Shown in pieces: positions 26,120 through 39,047 of a stretch of DNA of 64,000 nucleotides. Position 1 is the stretch's first letter; every line of letters begins with the position of its first letter. A model generated the notes under the pieces. It worked only from the letters and a program-made list of their open reading frames with translations. It made no database searches and was not told the origin of the DNA. The DNA lies in contig CBFFRP010000298.1 of assembly GCA_965644295.1 (NCBI GenBank), positions 558,001 through 622,000 on the forward strand, given 5' to 3'. This stretch comes from Paraphysomonas bandaiensis. Its lineage: Eukaryota > Protista > Chrysophyceae. Position numbers and translations under genes: made by a program.

Positions 26120-26745
26120 AGGTTAAAACTCACGAAATTAGGCTTCGGCTCAAAGGAACAGGAAGAGGGTAACTACAGGTATTTAGCCTCAGGCTAAATG
26201 TTAAGTATTAAAGTGTGAGATGACATGTAGTCCTTCAGTGTCAAGAAGTGCGGTTAATCAGGTGGACGCCCTTTTGGGTAGGGTCTCAGAGTTATATAGA
26301 TGGGAGGATAGTGTTCCGAGGGGGAGTAAGATGGTGCGAGGTAGAAGCTGTAGAGTCTCGGGGCGTCGCTGACTGTAGTTTATATAACTAGATCTGGCGG
26401 AGCCGTCTACGTTGGGGTTCGCGTGTATATGGGGGCGTGAAAGTGTTAGAAGAGTAGAGAGGAGACGAGGTCATTCGCTCAGATGGGATTCTCTGCTGTG
26501 AGGCACCATAGGGTTCGAAGTGGGGGGACTTATGGGTTGTGTGGTAATAGTTGGCGGTCGAATTGTGGAGGGAACTGTTGACCTGGGGCGGGGTTGGGTA
26601 TAGGGCACAAACCGTCTTGTTACTCCTCTAGGAGTCGGAGAACCCAAGGTTGCCTTCGCTGGATTCGCTTCTTACTAGTAGTAACGTGTTCAGGAGGAAG
26701 TCTGTGCGGAACTCTCGGGGAAGCAGCGTAGCGTGGACCAACAAG
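26120..26745 (-). mobile_element. Decayed LINE 3' fragment of a family related to 49966-51050, with a different 3' UTR
   Basis: The minus strand yields WVLRLL, QRRRLRQI and PYPK(fs)GRPPD-stop, the same motifs in the same order as ORF 50187-51050. Confidence 0.7.
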
Positions 26746-27214
26746 AAAAGTATATATCATTTATAAAATAATGATAGTGTAATATGTAAACACCACGTAG
26801 CAGGCACTGAAATTGTAGATTGCTCACGAAGCTATTTCTAACTCTTTTAGCCTGAAGTTTGCGCTGATATTAATGTGCAAAGATGCCATTAAAATCTGTA
26901 GAGTTGTATTAACATTGGCTTGAGTTTCTTCGAATAATAGAGAAGATACTGTATACCCTATAGAATATATCAAACGCCCTTCTTTAAAGCTATTAATGTG
27001 TGACAATTTTCCCACAATTATAATGGCCATTAATAAAACATTCTTCCAAAATCAAAATGGCATTACCATTAACAATTTTCATACGCATTCCTGACGCTGA
27101 TCCAAATGATTTCTGGGTGTTTTGTTTCATACCTCAGTTGAACTTAGGTAGTGACTTCACGTTACCCCTCTCGTCGTATGCGTATGAGCGCTACCACGTA
27201 TAAAGTTGATATTA

Positions 27215-27313
27215 AATAAAGAATTGATCTTTATAATCGTAAAACAATGTTGTGATTATTAGAGTGTAAGTAATGAACACGATAGAGTGAAAATTATGAA
27301 TAACAATATAGAA
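27215..27313. repeat. About 100-bp dispersed repeat, also present at 7836-7934
   Basis: Near-identical AATAAAGAATTGATCTTTATAAT..TAAAACAATGTTGTGATTATTAGAGTGT...AACAATATAGAAC. Confidence 0.85.
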
Positions 27314-27694
27314 CGTACTATCATGCACAACGGAATAGTTAGAAGTGTAACTGATAATGACGACGTTATGATGACGATCACGTATCTTCGACAGATACTC
27401 TCTCTAATTCAGTTCATGGTATATTTCATTGAACATTATTATAACTCACAGATACAATCATGTATTAAGCTGAATCCTAATATATTATTACCCAAACTGA
27501 GTACGCTAACGCAACATTCAATAAATAACTCACAAAATGTAATCTTTATTAGTGTAGAGCTCATAAATGCAGTCTTGATTTTGGCACAACTACAACATAT
27601 GACTCTGTTGAATACTATACTCAATCAACACAATTTTTGACATAAACATCAGAGCTAATTCTGTAGCATCTTATGGAATTGGAAAGGAAAACAA

Positions 27695-30539
27695 CTAGAC
27701 AGCCCCTGCGACATTTTCAAACTTGCTCTTTAACTGCTCCACTTCTTGTAGGAACTTTTCTGCGAACATGGCCTTGATAAAAATGAAACCGCTACTGGAA
27801 CGGATACGGGGATCCGTGTGGTTCTGGAAGTATTCCTCGCCCAGAAGAATACGCAGCAGCCGCTTCTGTCTCTTCTGAATGCTCCTAGACCACGACGAAA
27901 ACGGCCCATCTATTCATAACAACATTGTGAACTCAGAATAAAGCTGACTTTATATAGTACCGTGGTACGGGGAGGGGAAAGAAGCAGCTTTCTGGGTTGT
28001 GAAGCAACTCATGAAAGTGTCATGCATGAGGTCCAGGTCGTCACTGGAGACGGGAATCATCAAGGTGCAGTCTGAAGGTGTGAACTCGAACCAAACATTT
28101 CGATAGCCCCACACAAGTGGGTTACTGTTAGCAAGGTCTTTTCGTCCCAACACAATTCGAAGTCCAGCGGCCACAACCTTAGAACAGAGGTTAACAAAAT
28201 ATGAAACAAGCAATAGATATTGTGGTTGCAATCATTACGGGCATACACTCTACTCCAAGTCTACACTTACAAGGAGGACTTTGTAGTGTGTATCGGGTCC
28301 CGTTCCTTCAGGGTCCAGAGCAACCGTGATAAGATTCGGTTGACGTGCCTTGAGTAAATTGGCCATAGGTAATGCATCGTCCTCAAGTGACGGCATCGGA
28401 GTGAAGAAGTCGTCAGTGTAGAACCTATACAGGAAGAGTCACTAAGACTGACAACATCGCATATCGACAGATCCTTACTTCGACCGCAAGTGATGCACCC
28501 TATTGTTTGGCATGCGAGAAATAGCCCATACACGATCCACCTCTGTCTCTCGCATACAACCTTTAAGAATTTGTATATCCCTATGAACACATGAGCGACA
28601 AAAAGAATGACCACGGTCTGGCATACTTAGGTATGTTGTCTCCAGGGTGATGATTGGGCAGATAGTCATTCAAGAGCCACAGTATCTTCTCTTTAATCGC
28701 TGCAGCAAGAGCACCAAGGGCGAGTGTGGGAGCAATATTCCACACTTCCGCAACCTTCCGCAAAAATATAACGTGTTCTATGTGGTCCTGCTGCTTCAGG
28801 TCTTTACGGAAGAATGCAGCGCGAAATGCAGACATCAAGTCATCGTAGTCCCGACTGATCTCTCCAGCCCGTACTGCTATATCCAAGAAGGTTAGCTTCT
28901 GCGCAGGATGAGTATAAAAGTATGCAACCGCGGCATCATCAGCGGGGGCCAAACAAGCCTCACACTGCGCTTGAAGGTAACTTTCATTGACTGAATGAAA
29001 TCCCGATGTCAGGTACGCAAAATGGTTCACATTGCCTCCCATCTGCTCTCCAAGTGGAACAGTAAGGGCTGCCGAGGGGGTTCTCTCCAGCTCAGGTACT
29101 GGATAGGATGCACCCTCAGGAGCTGGACCAGGGTGAGGACGACCTAGCAGGTCATGCATTCCCCCATGATAAGAGAGCATGATATCATCGTGGTGTGGGG
29201 CAGTGTGTACTATACTGTTATTCGTAGACACACTCGCCGCCAGCCCGGCTTCGATTTTTTCCCTCAATCTTCTGGCAGCACATGCAACCAAAGCACGACA
29301 GGTTAAGCTATCCAGCAGGTACGAGGGACAAGGGATGACGCTGTTGCTACTGCCTAGAGCCTCAGGGGTCAACTGGTGCACAGGTATATCCAACCTAACG
29401 GATGCCTCATAGAGATATGTCTCAAGCAGACGGTAGGCTGCAGGGGGCTCAGCAGATATTGCAGGCTGTGATCCACCCACACAGGTGCAGCCGGAGAGGT
29501 GGGCTAGAGCCCATTCTAATGCCGCAGCTGAATCACATTCACTGATGCGCTTTGCTTTCCGGGCAGTGAGCTGACAACCCGCCCCGTGAGTGATATAAAA
29601 TCTGGCACCTTTGTGCCCATGCAGGGCAGAAGCAGGGCGAGACTTATCAACTCCATCTTCCAGGGCTGCCCTAACGATACCCGCTTTACCTTCACCAGCA
29701 GCCATGATAATGACGGTTGCATCAGGGTTGGCAGTGATTGTACGCAAGCCAATCGTCATAGCTGCCTTGCCTCTGGAGATCTCTATACCACCGAGGTCAC
29801 CAGCTGCCTGTGCTGCAGTGGGGTAGTTAAACTTGACCAGGCGAGTTACACTATCAAGGGCATCTCCTTCCTGGTTGAAGGCAATGTGCCCATCAGGGCC
29901 AATTCCTCCTAGAAAGAAGCCAATGCCACCTAGACTCTTAATACGATTCTCATATACGTCACAATAATGCGACACTCTTGTTAAAATGTCTTTCAGAATA
30001 GATTTTGTAGGATCTTTTGCCTCGCGAGTTAATAACGACAAATCGATATTTGGATCAGAAAATGCATTAAGCTCCTCCTGAGTGATGACATTTTCAGACA
30101 AAAGGTCGAAAGTGAGCACATTTTCGTCTGGAATGTCCAATAATTTAATGTAATACTGTCGAATATATCGACAAAATGAATTCCTATGTGTTGGAGCCAT
30201 AGGAAAAAATTCATCCAACATAACAAAGCTGAGCTGAGAGGTGTCCGGGAAGGCCTCTAAGTTGCACTGACGGATCTCATCCTGCACCTCTTCACTCTCC
30301 CATCGATTCTTATATTTTTCAAGTGTTTTAATAAAGAATTCAGGTGTTCGTCCAGTGGGTAATGCAACAACTCCCTTAGGATTGGCTTTCACCCACTCCA
30401 TGAACCTCTGAGACACTAGTTTACCTAACTCATAGATATTAGCCACCTCAATGGTTGGAACGTGTTCTCCTGGATATGTCCAGTCATTCCCACTTCGACT
30501 AAGGAAGACTTGTTCTATATTACTCCACTCTACGCTCAT
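27695..30539 (-). CDS. nagB: Glucosamine-6-phosphate deaminase (NagB) fused to a PIG-L/LmbE-like deacetylase domain; 5 exons
   Basis: LPTGRTP, MLDEF and GGIGPDGHIAFN (NagB); HTAPHHDDIM, DPEGTGPDTH and WGYRNVW (LmbE-like). Start MSVEWS; four small 3' exons splice in frame to ...ENVAGAV-stop. Confidence 0.88.
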
Positions 30540-30739
30540 GATGACAGGTGTGTATATGTGTTGGTTGTTATGATGGATTCTGGAAGGCAGAATAGTTTTA
30601 ATGAGTCTTGTACTGATCCACATGCAGCCACACCACACACACCACACTACGACGTACATCACACCACGTTGTGAGAGGACGGATGGCTGTCGAAATACTG
30701 TATACTTACGTATACCCATCACATAGGGACATAGGTGGA

Positions 30740-30960
30740 CATACATGCATACATACATACATACATACATACATACATACATACATACATACATACATAC
30801 ATACATACATACATACATACATACATACATACATACATACATACATACATACATACATACATACATACATACATACATACATACATACATACATACATAC
30901 ATACATACATACATACATACATACATACATACATACATACATACATACATACATACATAC
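30740..30960. repeat. (CATA)n microsatellite, about 55 units
   Basis: Directly visible; lies between divergent genes. Confidence 0.99.
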
Positions 30961-31047
30961 GTAGATATAAGATAGATCTGGGCTGTGGTTGTATCACAGG
31001 AATAGTATCACTATATTATCATTACCAACAAAATCCGCTTTCCCATT

Positions 31048-32597
31048 ATGGAATTTAGTCGTATTAACATCGACGGACAGAAGTATTACGGTATGTTCTG
31101 CCCTGCTATCTGCTGCTCGTACATCCATCATACACTCCAGTGTTGTCATATATGCATATATCTACAGTGGATGTCACAGTATTGTTCTATATGCAGATGA
31201 CAAGCCCTTCCCTCTCTGCATGTCTCCATCATCAGCAGTGAGGTTGGACAGTGTGGTGTCATGGATAGAGGCCAACAGAGACTATTTAGGTGACCACTGC
31301 TATCTCACATATCTATGCGGACATCTATATGAGTATGTTTATCCTTATCCATGGATACATGTTCTTTGTGGTGCTGGTATATATAAGCCTGTGTGTGGTC
31401 TTCGTGCAGATGTGGTGATACGTCAGCATAGCTGAAATAGTTAATTGTTTTTAGACAATCTTCTGAGGGAGTATAAAGCGGTGTTTTTCCGAAATTGTGG
31501 AATTCAGAGTGCACAAGATTTTGATCGAATTGTTGAGGCCACAGGGCTCAAAGAGATGGCTTATGTTGGGGGCGCTGCCGTTAGAACAGTCGTAACTCCA
31601 CGAGTGTTCACATCAAACGAATCTCCCCCATCCGAGAAGATTCCTTTCCATCATGAGATGGCCCAAGTACCCCAGCCTCCGACACACTTGTTTTTCTACT
31701 GCGAAGTACCGTCTCAAGTGGGTGGCGAGGTTCGTTTAATGTCGGAATGCTGCCCTGATATAAACGTTTTCTGCAGACCCCTCTTCTACCGTCCCATGAG
31801 GTTTACACTAGAATGACTGAAAGGTTCCCAGAATTCATGCAGAAGGTGGAAACTCTGGGGGTTCAATATATTCGTGTTATGCCATCCGAGGATGATCCCA
31901 GCAGCGCTATTGGCAGAAGCTGGAAGTCTACATTTTTAACCGAATCTAAAGGTAAATTCTATCGCGTGAATGTGTTTAAATGCAGTTGGTTTCCATGTTT
32001 ATACCTATATGGATTCGTTTTAGCTTTACCTTTGTGGTTGTATTGATTTTATTGGCGTGTTGTTGATTAACAAGTGAATTGGCACTGAAGTACTTTACCT
32101 AAAACGCAGATGAGGCTGAAGCAAAGCTGCGGGAACTTGGATCCACGTGGGAGTGGCTGGATAACGGTGATCTGCGAACTATTACGGCTGTAGTTCCGGC
32201 CATTCGTACTGACACTGGTCCGAATCGGACGGGTGAGAAGACTTTTTTCAACTCAATGGTGGCTGCTTACACTGGGTGGAATGACACGCGCAATACCGGA
32301 AGGGAGGCTGTGCGTCTGGGGGATGGCTCACCCTGTGACGAAGAAGCGATGAATGTAAGCTTTGTTCCCTTGCCGTGCTCTGTGTGTAGTGCACAAATAG
32401 TTAGCGTAAAATAATGTCGTAACATTGCTATCTACTTGCAGGCAGCTGTGGAGATTATGGACGAGGTTGCCGCAGTTATCCGATGGCAGGCAGGGGACTT
32501 TGTTTTGATCGACAACCGAACCGTGATGCATTCTAGGAAGCCTTTTGAAGGCAAGCGGAGGGTTCTCGCGAGTCTCATTCAAGATCCTCCCCGCTAG
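31048..32597 (+). CDS. Clavaminate synthase-like (TauD/TfdA family) 2OG-Fe(II) dioxygenase, about 6 exons
   Basis: YVGGAAVR, FTSNESPP, IPFHHEMAQ, FFNSMVAAYTGW and IDNRTVMHSR. Confidence 0.92.
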
Positions 32598-32964
32598 GAA
32601 ATTAGACCTCGATGTTCTACTAATTTATCACACATACAACTATTCTGATGTGCTATTTTCCCATCTGCTGTCCATTGTAGATGCAGTTTATAACGATTCG
32701 ATATTTCCTTGGAAGCACTGTTATAATAATTTTTTTATCTGTCAGCAGTTAGAAACTGCTCGAGATTATATTAAATGCTCTTTTTTATTATTACTATCGT
32801 GTGGCTGCTAGAGAAAGCCATTCAAGAAGTGATAACTCTGAGGTAAGGTCATTTTTATTCCAAATGAATACTAAATTCTATCAAACCAACGATGAAGTTA
32901 CTTAATCAGCATTAGTTTGGATACTTTTATCTTTTATACAATTCAAGTTTATCAAAGGATGGTA

Positions 32965-33434
32965 GCAGTAGTTAGTAGTGAAAGTCTGATTATTTAGCAA
33001 TAGGCGTTGAGACCTTGCATCAATTAGTGGCTAGAAGAATGCTAGTCATACTAGTTAGACCACTACCCGTAACTAATCAATACAAACTCTTTTATCCTAC
33101 TATTTAACGCTACGAAAGCTAGCAGTAGTTACTTTAATTCCTATTCATTGTTTTTAGTGTAAATTATAAATTCCTTAAGGATACATATGAGTTTCTTTAA
33201 GGCTACTTCACACGAACAAACATTCATATTTGCTGTAAGAAGACAAGAAGCCACGACTTCATTGTTGAAAATTGCTCATTCTTAACTAGATATTAAAGAT
33301 CTGATTATTACATGAGAGAACTTATGGCATTTATCTATCTATTACTCTAGACTAGTGGTAACACAGATTACGAAATGCGTAGTTGTCTCGGGACTGCTTG
33401 TGCATTGCTGCAAGCACCTTGGTGCAACCATTCC
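32965..33434 (-). mobile_element. Two tail fragments of the LINE/SINE family (about 32965-33121 and 33388-33434)
   Basis: Reverse complements of the family tail: TAGCAATAGGCGTT...CCTACTATTTAACGCTACGAAAGCT and CTGCTTGTGC..GCAAGCACCTTGGTGCAACC. Confidence 0.75.
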
Positions 33435-33540
33435 TTGATTCTTAACTAGATCTCAGAGAAAATTTGTCGTTAGATCAAACATACCTTGAAAGATCAAACG
33501 ATTCCAGTTTCTCAATATCATCACAGCATTGCTTTGTACA

Positions 33541-33674
33541 TCACAATTTTTCACTGTATTCTCGTGCATTGTCTTCAAGTGACATATACTGAATATACTA
33601 GAATATAATCACAATATTTCACTGTATTCTCGTGCATTGTCTTCAAGTGACATATACTGATATACTAGAATATA
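33541..33674. repeat. About 68-bp tandem duplication
   Basis: TTTCACTGTATTCTCGTGCATTGTCTTCAAGTGACATATACTGA..TATACTAGAATATA occurs twice. Confidence 0.9.
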
Positions 33675-33968
33675 CTCCATTTTCTAGTATTCAAAATACA
33701 GTGTAGTGAACTTTTAGCTTTTCAGAGAATATGATTTATGTTACTAAAATCTAACTTCCTCTCTAGGAAACGGAGCAGTAAATATGAAAAGTATTTTCGT
33801 TGTTTCTTCTGCTTTGTGCGCGATTGTAAATGATATGTTATTTAGTGTTGTAGTGTTATTAGTCAACAGATTGGGAAGAAATATTGAATAAGAGATTACA
33901 TTACACTTCCATTTAAAAAACATACCCTGACAAGTGCTTTAATTAATACACATTACTTCAACGAATAA

Positions 33969-35918
33969 TCAACAAATCAAAAAATCATCAAATTTATAGA
34001 GCAATTCCTCCTCCTCGTCTGCTTCCATAAACTCAGTGGTTATCCTAAAAAAGTCAAATATACGTCTAGCCCAATACTTCTGCGTGTGTTTGGATGAAAA
34101 TGATTCAATGTTATCAGTAGTGGGATCAGAAATAATACAATTTGAATCTTGGCTGGCATGTAGTAGCTGAAAGTACGATAGTCAGATATTGATCCGTTAA
34201 ATATATGCAGGCAAAAGTAAATGAATACATATAAATAATAAAGACATCAATATAAGAGATGTAAATACAAAAAGAATATTTTGTAGGATACCACACCTTA
34301 CAGAGGGCAGCCTTCTCCTCATGAGTACGTAGCATACAGGGGCATACCACACAGCAACTCAGGAATGCAGAAATACGACCAATAGACGGCAACACATCTA
34401 AATCAAACATGAGTCGCCACAAAAATTGGTAGATAAAAGAAACAAATTACAACATTGCGATTTAACTCACCAGTTTTTCTATTTTTCACCTCCGATTTAC
34501 TCCTTTTACTTCCGTCTGATGTACCGCATCTGGGATTGAGGACAGCTTTTGCATACATATCGATCAACACTTGAATGAACGGTTGCCGAGGCAACCTGTC
34601 GAAGGGTTCGTTGTCATCTGTTTCAAAGAGAAAAGTGAAATAAAATAAAAACAATGAAATACAGTATTAAAATCATTGTAACGAAGTACAATCATATGAA
34701 ACGCGGAAGGTATACGACTTTGGCAATCTAAAGATCATCATACGCGATCGAGACACTAATATAATATGCAGTATAACTATATAGCGTACTGAATAGTAAA
34801 ATAGCAAACAATTTATATTGTATAGTACAATGGTATAGCCAAGCTAAAACCCAATAAATTATATGTTACATGTTATTGCGATCCGTATATAGATAGCTCA
34901 CCTGGTGTAACCTTAAACCCTGGTCTATCCCTGTACTTTTGACGTACAATACTCTGTAGAGCTCCCAAAGAAGCCATCACAGCATCGGCCTTGACATGAA
35001 AGCCGATTACCACCTGATCTGTATAAGTAGGGGGACTGGGGGGATGAATATGCAGTGCCTGTATAATAAACAGAACCAATGAATGTAATATAAAGTAAAC
35101 AGCATATATCGATATATCCCAGCATATACTGCAACAAACTACACCTGTAGCACTGACTCTAGAATTGGACTTGCAGGAGAAGACGGCACGTCCGATACAG
35201 CTCTACCCTCACCTATGCCTTCACTTTGATATTCATCTTTCTCTAAACGAAGCAATTCAATTTCTTTCACATTTGTCTTTTTATGGCGCCGTATGGCCTC
35301 CATCAGTAACGAATACATAGATATACGATGACACTCCGCACAGACATCGCGCTCTGCGGCAACATTTCCTGTGTCAACGGAAGAATGCTGACATTTAGTC
35401 ATCATCCCGGAGCGTACGCTATCAGGGTTAAATGTAAACGAGTCAGTAGTTGCAGTCTTGATAAGTCGAGGATGCAGTGTATGCTTGATCTGGCTGTCAG
35501 TTAGAGCATGAAAATAGACTTTCAGCTCATAGTATTTAATTTCTAATTGTTTAAGAAGTCGATTAATCTCATCCATCTCCTATCAACGATATCACAATCA
35601 TGTAATCATGAACCGGAGTACACACACCTCTATCTTGAACTGTATGTGATTATTGCCTCCACACAACATCAAGAAATATTTTGGCTCAAGTATACTGAGT
35701 GTATTTACATTATGAGGTAACCGTAAATTATTTCTTTCTATTGGAGTAGGTTTATGTTCTAATATCTTTGTTAGATCAGATAGTCTCTGCTTAGGGGTAC
35801 GCTGCCATGGCTTACGATGCTCATATGTGAGATCCATTGCACCGAAATTCTTCCCTGGTGATGATTTACGGATTGTATTGGGGTTATTTAAGGCTATCAG
35901 ATGTCGATCTAGTGCCAT
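33969..35918 (-). CDS. Multi-exon hypothetical protein
   Basis: ORFs 35598-35918, 35139-35576, 34873-35079, 34403-34654 and 34126-34422 plus a last exon LLHASQDSNC...WARRIFDFF, separated by GT-AG introns. Confidence 0.7.
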
Positions 35919-36347
35919 GACTCGTATATTGGTTGTTGATTACTTAATAAGAAGGTCGTATATCGACATCTGATGATGTATATATATGTATGTGTGTTAG
36001 CTTAATGGAAGCCTCTACATTCCTCTTCTCATAGATCCGATCCCATATATGGGATATTTCCGACAGATTCCATAAAGAATTCTTGTATTAGAACTGAAAG
36101 AAAGTATCTATTCAAGATATTACACAGAAATTTGATTAGAAAAGTGTACAACTGAAAATGTTAGGATAGAGATTGAAGCCATGTGATTTGTCGAGAGGTG
36201 AAGATAGAAGTGTTGAAGTGAGTGTGTGAAAGTGATCTAAATTTGATGAGATCTCAACACACACACACACATACACAGTTATACATATAGGAATATACTG
36301 GACGGTCCGGTACGCTTACAGCTCCAGAGCCTTATACTTTAAAGCAC

Positions 36348-37325
36348 ATGTCTCTCAATCAGGTCGAAGATGAGAATACAGATGATTCAATCGTTTTAAG
36401 CACACAAAAACCTGTAACTATCATGCATTTACGTGAAACTAAGGTGTATTGTTCCTCTGTTGTTCTCAGTCAGTACTCAGATCTATTAGAGAAGTTGTTA
36501 TCATCCTCTAAGAATGTATCAGTGAATATGGAGCTGATTTCTGGTATTGAGGATGAAACATACATATCGTTTCTCACACATATACATAACCATTCATGCA
36601 TTGCACTGGTTAATGAGTTCAACCTGAAGTATGTTCGGATAGCAGCTGATTGGCAAATGAATGGGTTCGTTGACATATATCGAAAGATAATGCATACATT
36701 TATCGATCAATGTGTGTTGTTGGCCTCTGATGTGTTTCAGTGGAGTGATTTCGCAGATACCTGTGATATTCCTGTTGATAGTGTTATTCAGTACTTTCTT
36801 CCCTATGGCACCCGGTATGGCTCCGTTTTCTCTACTTACCGCAACGAATTGTTTGTTATACGTGGTAACGAGAAGGCTTATTTAAACATTCAACGTAAAG
36901 ATGCCAATGTATCTTATCGTAAGGTGAAGGCTATTGAGAAAGAGTCTATTCAATCCACTGCACGGATACGACTTCCACCAACGCATATCGGTTACTTTAG
37001 CCCAACACGTCCTTCTAGTACTTTTTCCAGAATGCATTCTAACGGTTCTTTTGACGGGCATTCCGATGGCCGACAGAATGGCAAACTGACTGTTGTTTCG
37101 AAGGATGACAGCGAATATTTGACTATGTTTTGGGATGTTGTGTTTGTACTACTCAATTACAATGTGTACCAACATCCGTATATCACCTCTAAATCAGCAT
37201 TGGTCAAAGTTCTTAAGCAGCGTCCTTATCTGGCATGTTGGGAACAGATGGGACGTATTTTTACCGAAGAGGAAAAAGTTATATTGAAAGTGTATATCAA
37301 CGGGACTGACGCCGAGTTTTATTGA
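36348..37325 (+). CDS. Intronless BTB/POZ-like domain protein
   Basis: 325-aa ORF; KVYCSSVVLSQYSDLLEKLL...FLTHIH...IAADWQM resembles a BTB domain. Confidence 0.6.
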   Translation: MSLNQVEDENTDDSIVLSTQKPVTIMHLRETKVYCSSVVLSQYSDLLEKLLSSSKNVSVNMELISGIEDETYISFLTHIHNHSCIALVNEFNLKYVRIAADWQMNGFVDIYRKIMHTFIDQCVLLASDVFQWSDFADTCDIPVDSVIQYFLPYGTRYGSVFSTYRNELFVIRGNEKAYLNIQRKDANVSYRKVKAIEKESIQSTARIRLPPTHIGYFSPTRPSSTFSRMHSNGSFDGHSDGRQNGKLTVVSKDDSEYLTMFWDVVFVLLNYNVYQHPYITSKSALVKVLKQRPYLACWEQMGRIFTEEEKVILKVYINGTDAEFY

Positions 37326-38013
37326 AAACAGTGAGGCCATACTCGTTGAATATAAGTTTTCTTTAATTCTATTGCAAGATAGCGGCGTATATATTACACG
37401 TTCCTTGTTCATCGGATCATTCGTCAATGAAATGCATCCTTAGACTATATATTACATTAAAAGTTTCATTTTCATAGAGTACACAGATTGACTAGATTAT
37501 AATTATTTTATATTACTTCATGATATAATGGTATAGTGTACTTTACTGTGGTTTACTCATATATGATCTTCTGTATGTTTTGTGGAGGCGATTCTGTATT
37601 GCATGAACGACGCGGTTTAGTAGTGCGGGTTGAGTATCGTAAACGCGGATTATTTACTTAATGACGACAAGATTTGATTTAAATATTAGTATTAAATATT
37701 ATCTGCAGTTAGTCTTATCAATTGAAATATTGTTGAGTGTTTATCTTAATACGTACCATGTATGAGTGTAAATAATTCTATCGAAACTTATCTTATTTAT
37801 GGCGCTCGACAAAATGTTTGTCCGTTAGTCCAGACCTACCTATCAATTAAGCAGGAGCGTATTCCGCTCCCTCAGTACAATAAAAGATATTATCCACATA
37901 TAGGCTTCGAGGGTGCTGTAATCGACACCACTTAAGAATATTCAAGTGTGAATCCTCTGAAGCTACACTGGGTACGGCGGGTGGTTTGATGGTATATCAG
38001 TATATTTTCACAT

Positions 38014-38525
38014 CCCTCAACAAAGTCGGACTCGCACCTTTTCGTGGTGTTCTTGGAGATAAGTACCGGAGATATCTCTCCGCGAAACTAGCATTAGCCG
38101 CAAACATAGACAGCAAATATTGTTCTGCCCACTGATAGCCACATGTTTGTGTGGTACAAGGGACACTAATAGAAGTGTCACATGTGTAAACATGTTTGGG
38201 CCCTGAAGAATATACAGGCACCCTAGAATGGGCCTACCTCAAGGGCGTCCGAGGTATTGGGCTGCTTGCTGAAGTCAAGCATCCGGGCTAGTTCACCTTA
38301 ACGACTCATAAATCCTGAAGTAGTAGATGTCAGGTATACCAACATTATGCTGCCTAAGTGATAGAGCGAAAGTGATTGTACCTTGGTGCTTGCGGTGATG
38401 CACACGCCACAAGTAGATTTTGTAGCGTTAAATAGCAGGATATCAGAGTTAAGTACTAGTAGCTAATTGTTTTGCTGCATTAGTTCTGACTCTTAAACGC
38501 CTATAACTAAAAAGAAGATATTCAC
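38014..38525 (+). mobile_element. SINE-like full copy F
   Basis: Same head and tail as copy A. Confidence 0.8.
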
Positions 38526-39047
38526 TTCTACCATCACATTTATTTGCAACCAACATCTGAGGGAAACCATGTGACCATTGAGTCCGTCACATTAAAGCGA
38601 GATACAGCTGCTTAACTCTATCTTTCGCAGTTATATAGTGAAATCGCTGGTGTCGTGGACATCTCTGGCCAAAACAAGATGTTATTATACGCTGTATCCT
38701 CTATATACCGCACTGTATTCCATGTACCTCTCTTCTCATTATTGTGTACTGGTATACAGAGTGTAGCAGTACCGCACAGTTCCCTGTATTCCGTATTTGC
38801 TCCATGTACCTCTCTTCTCTATATACTGTACCGGTATACAGTATAGCAGTACATATGCACTGCTGCCTGTACCGCCATATGAAGGACCATATGAGAGATC
38901 CACTCCCCTCATAGTTACCTTCCACACCATATGACCCCACTATACCCCATACACCTTATCTCATAAACATCTGTCCCTCTATCATGTCTCTAACATCTCA
39001 TTCTCTCTCTTGTCATTCTTCTAGAGGCATAGAGAGGATAGTTTATC

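Noticed and set aside
30671-31058. MYVC/HTYI-repeat ORFs and the long N-terminal extension of the 789-aa ORF
   Set aside because: Stop-free translations of the (CATA)n microsatellite; the enzyme most plausibly starts at 30539.
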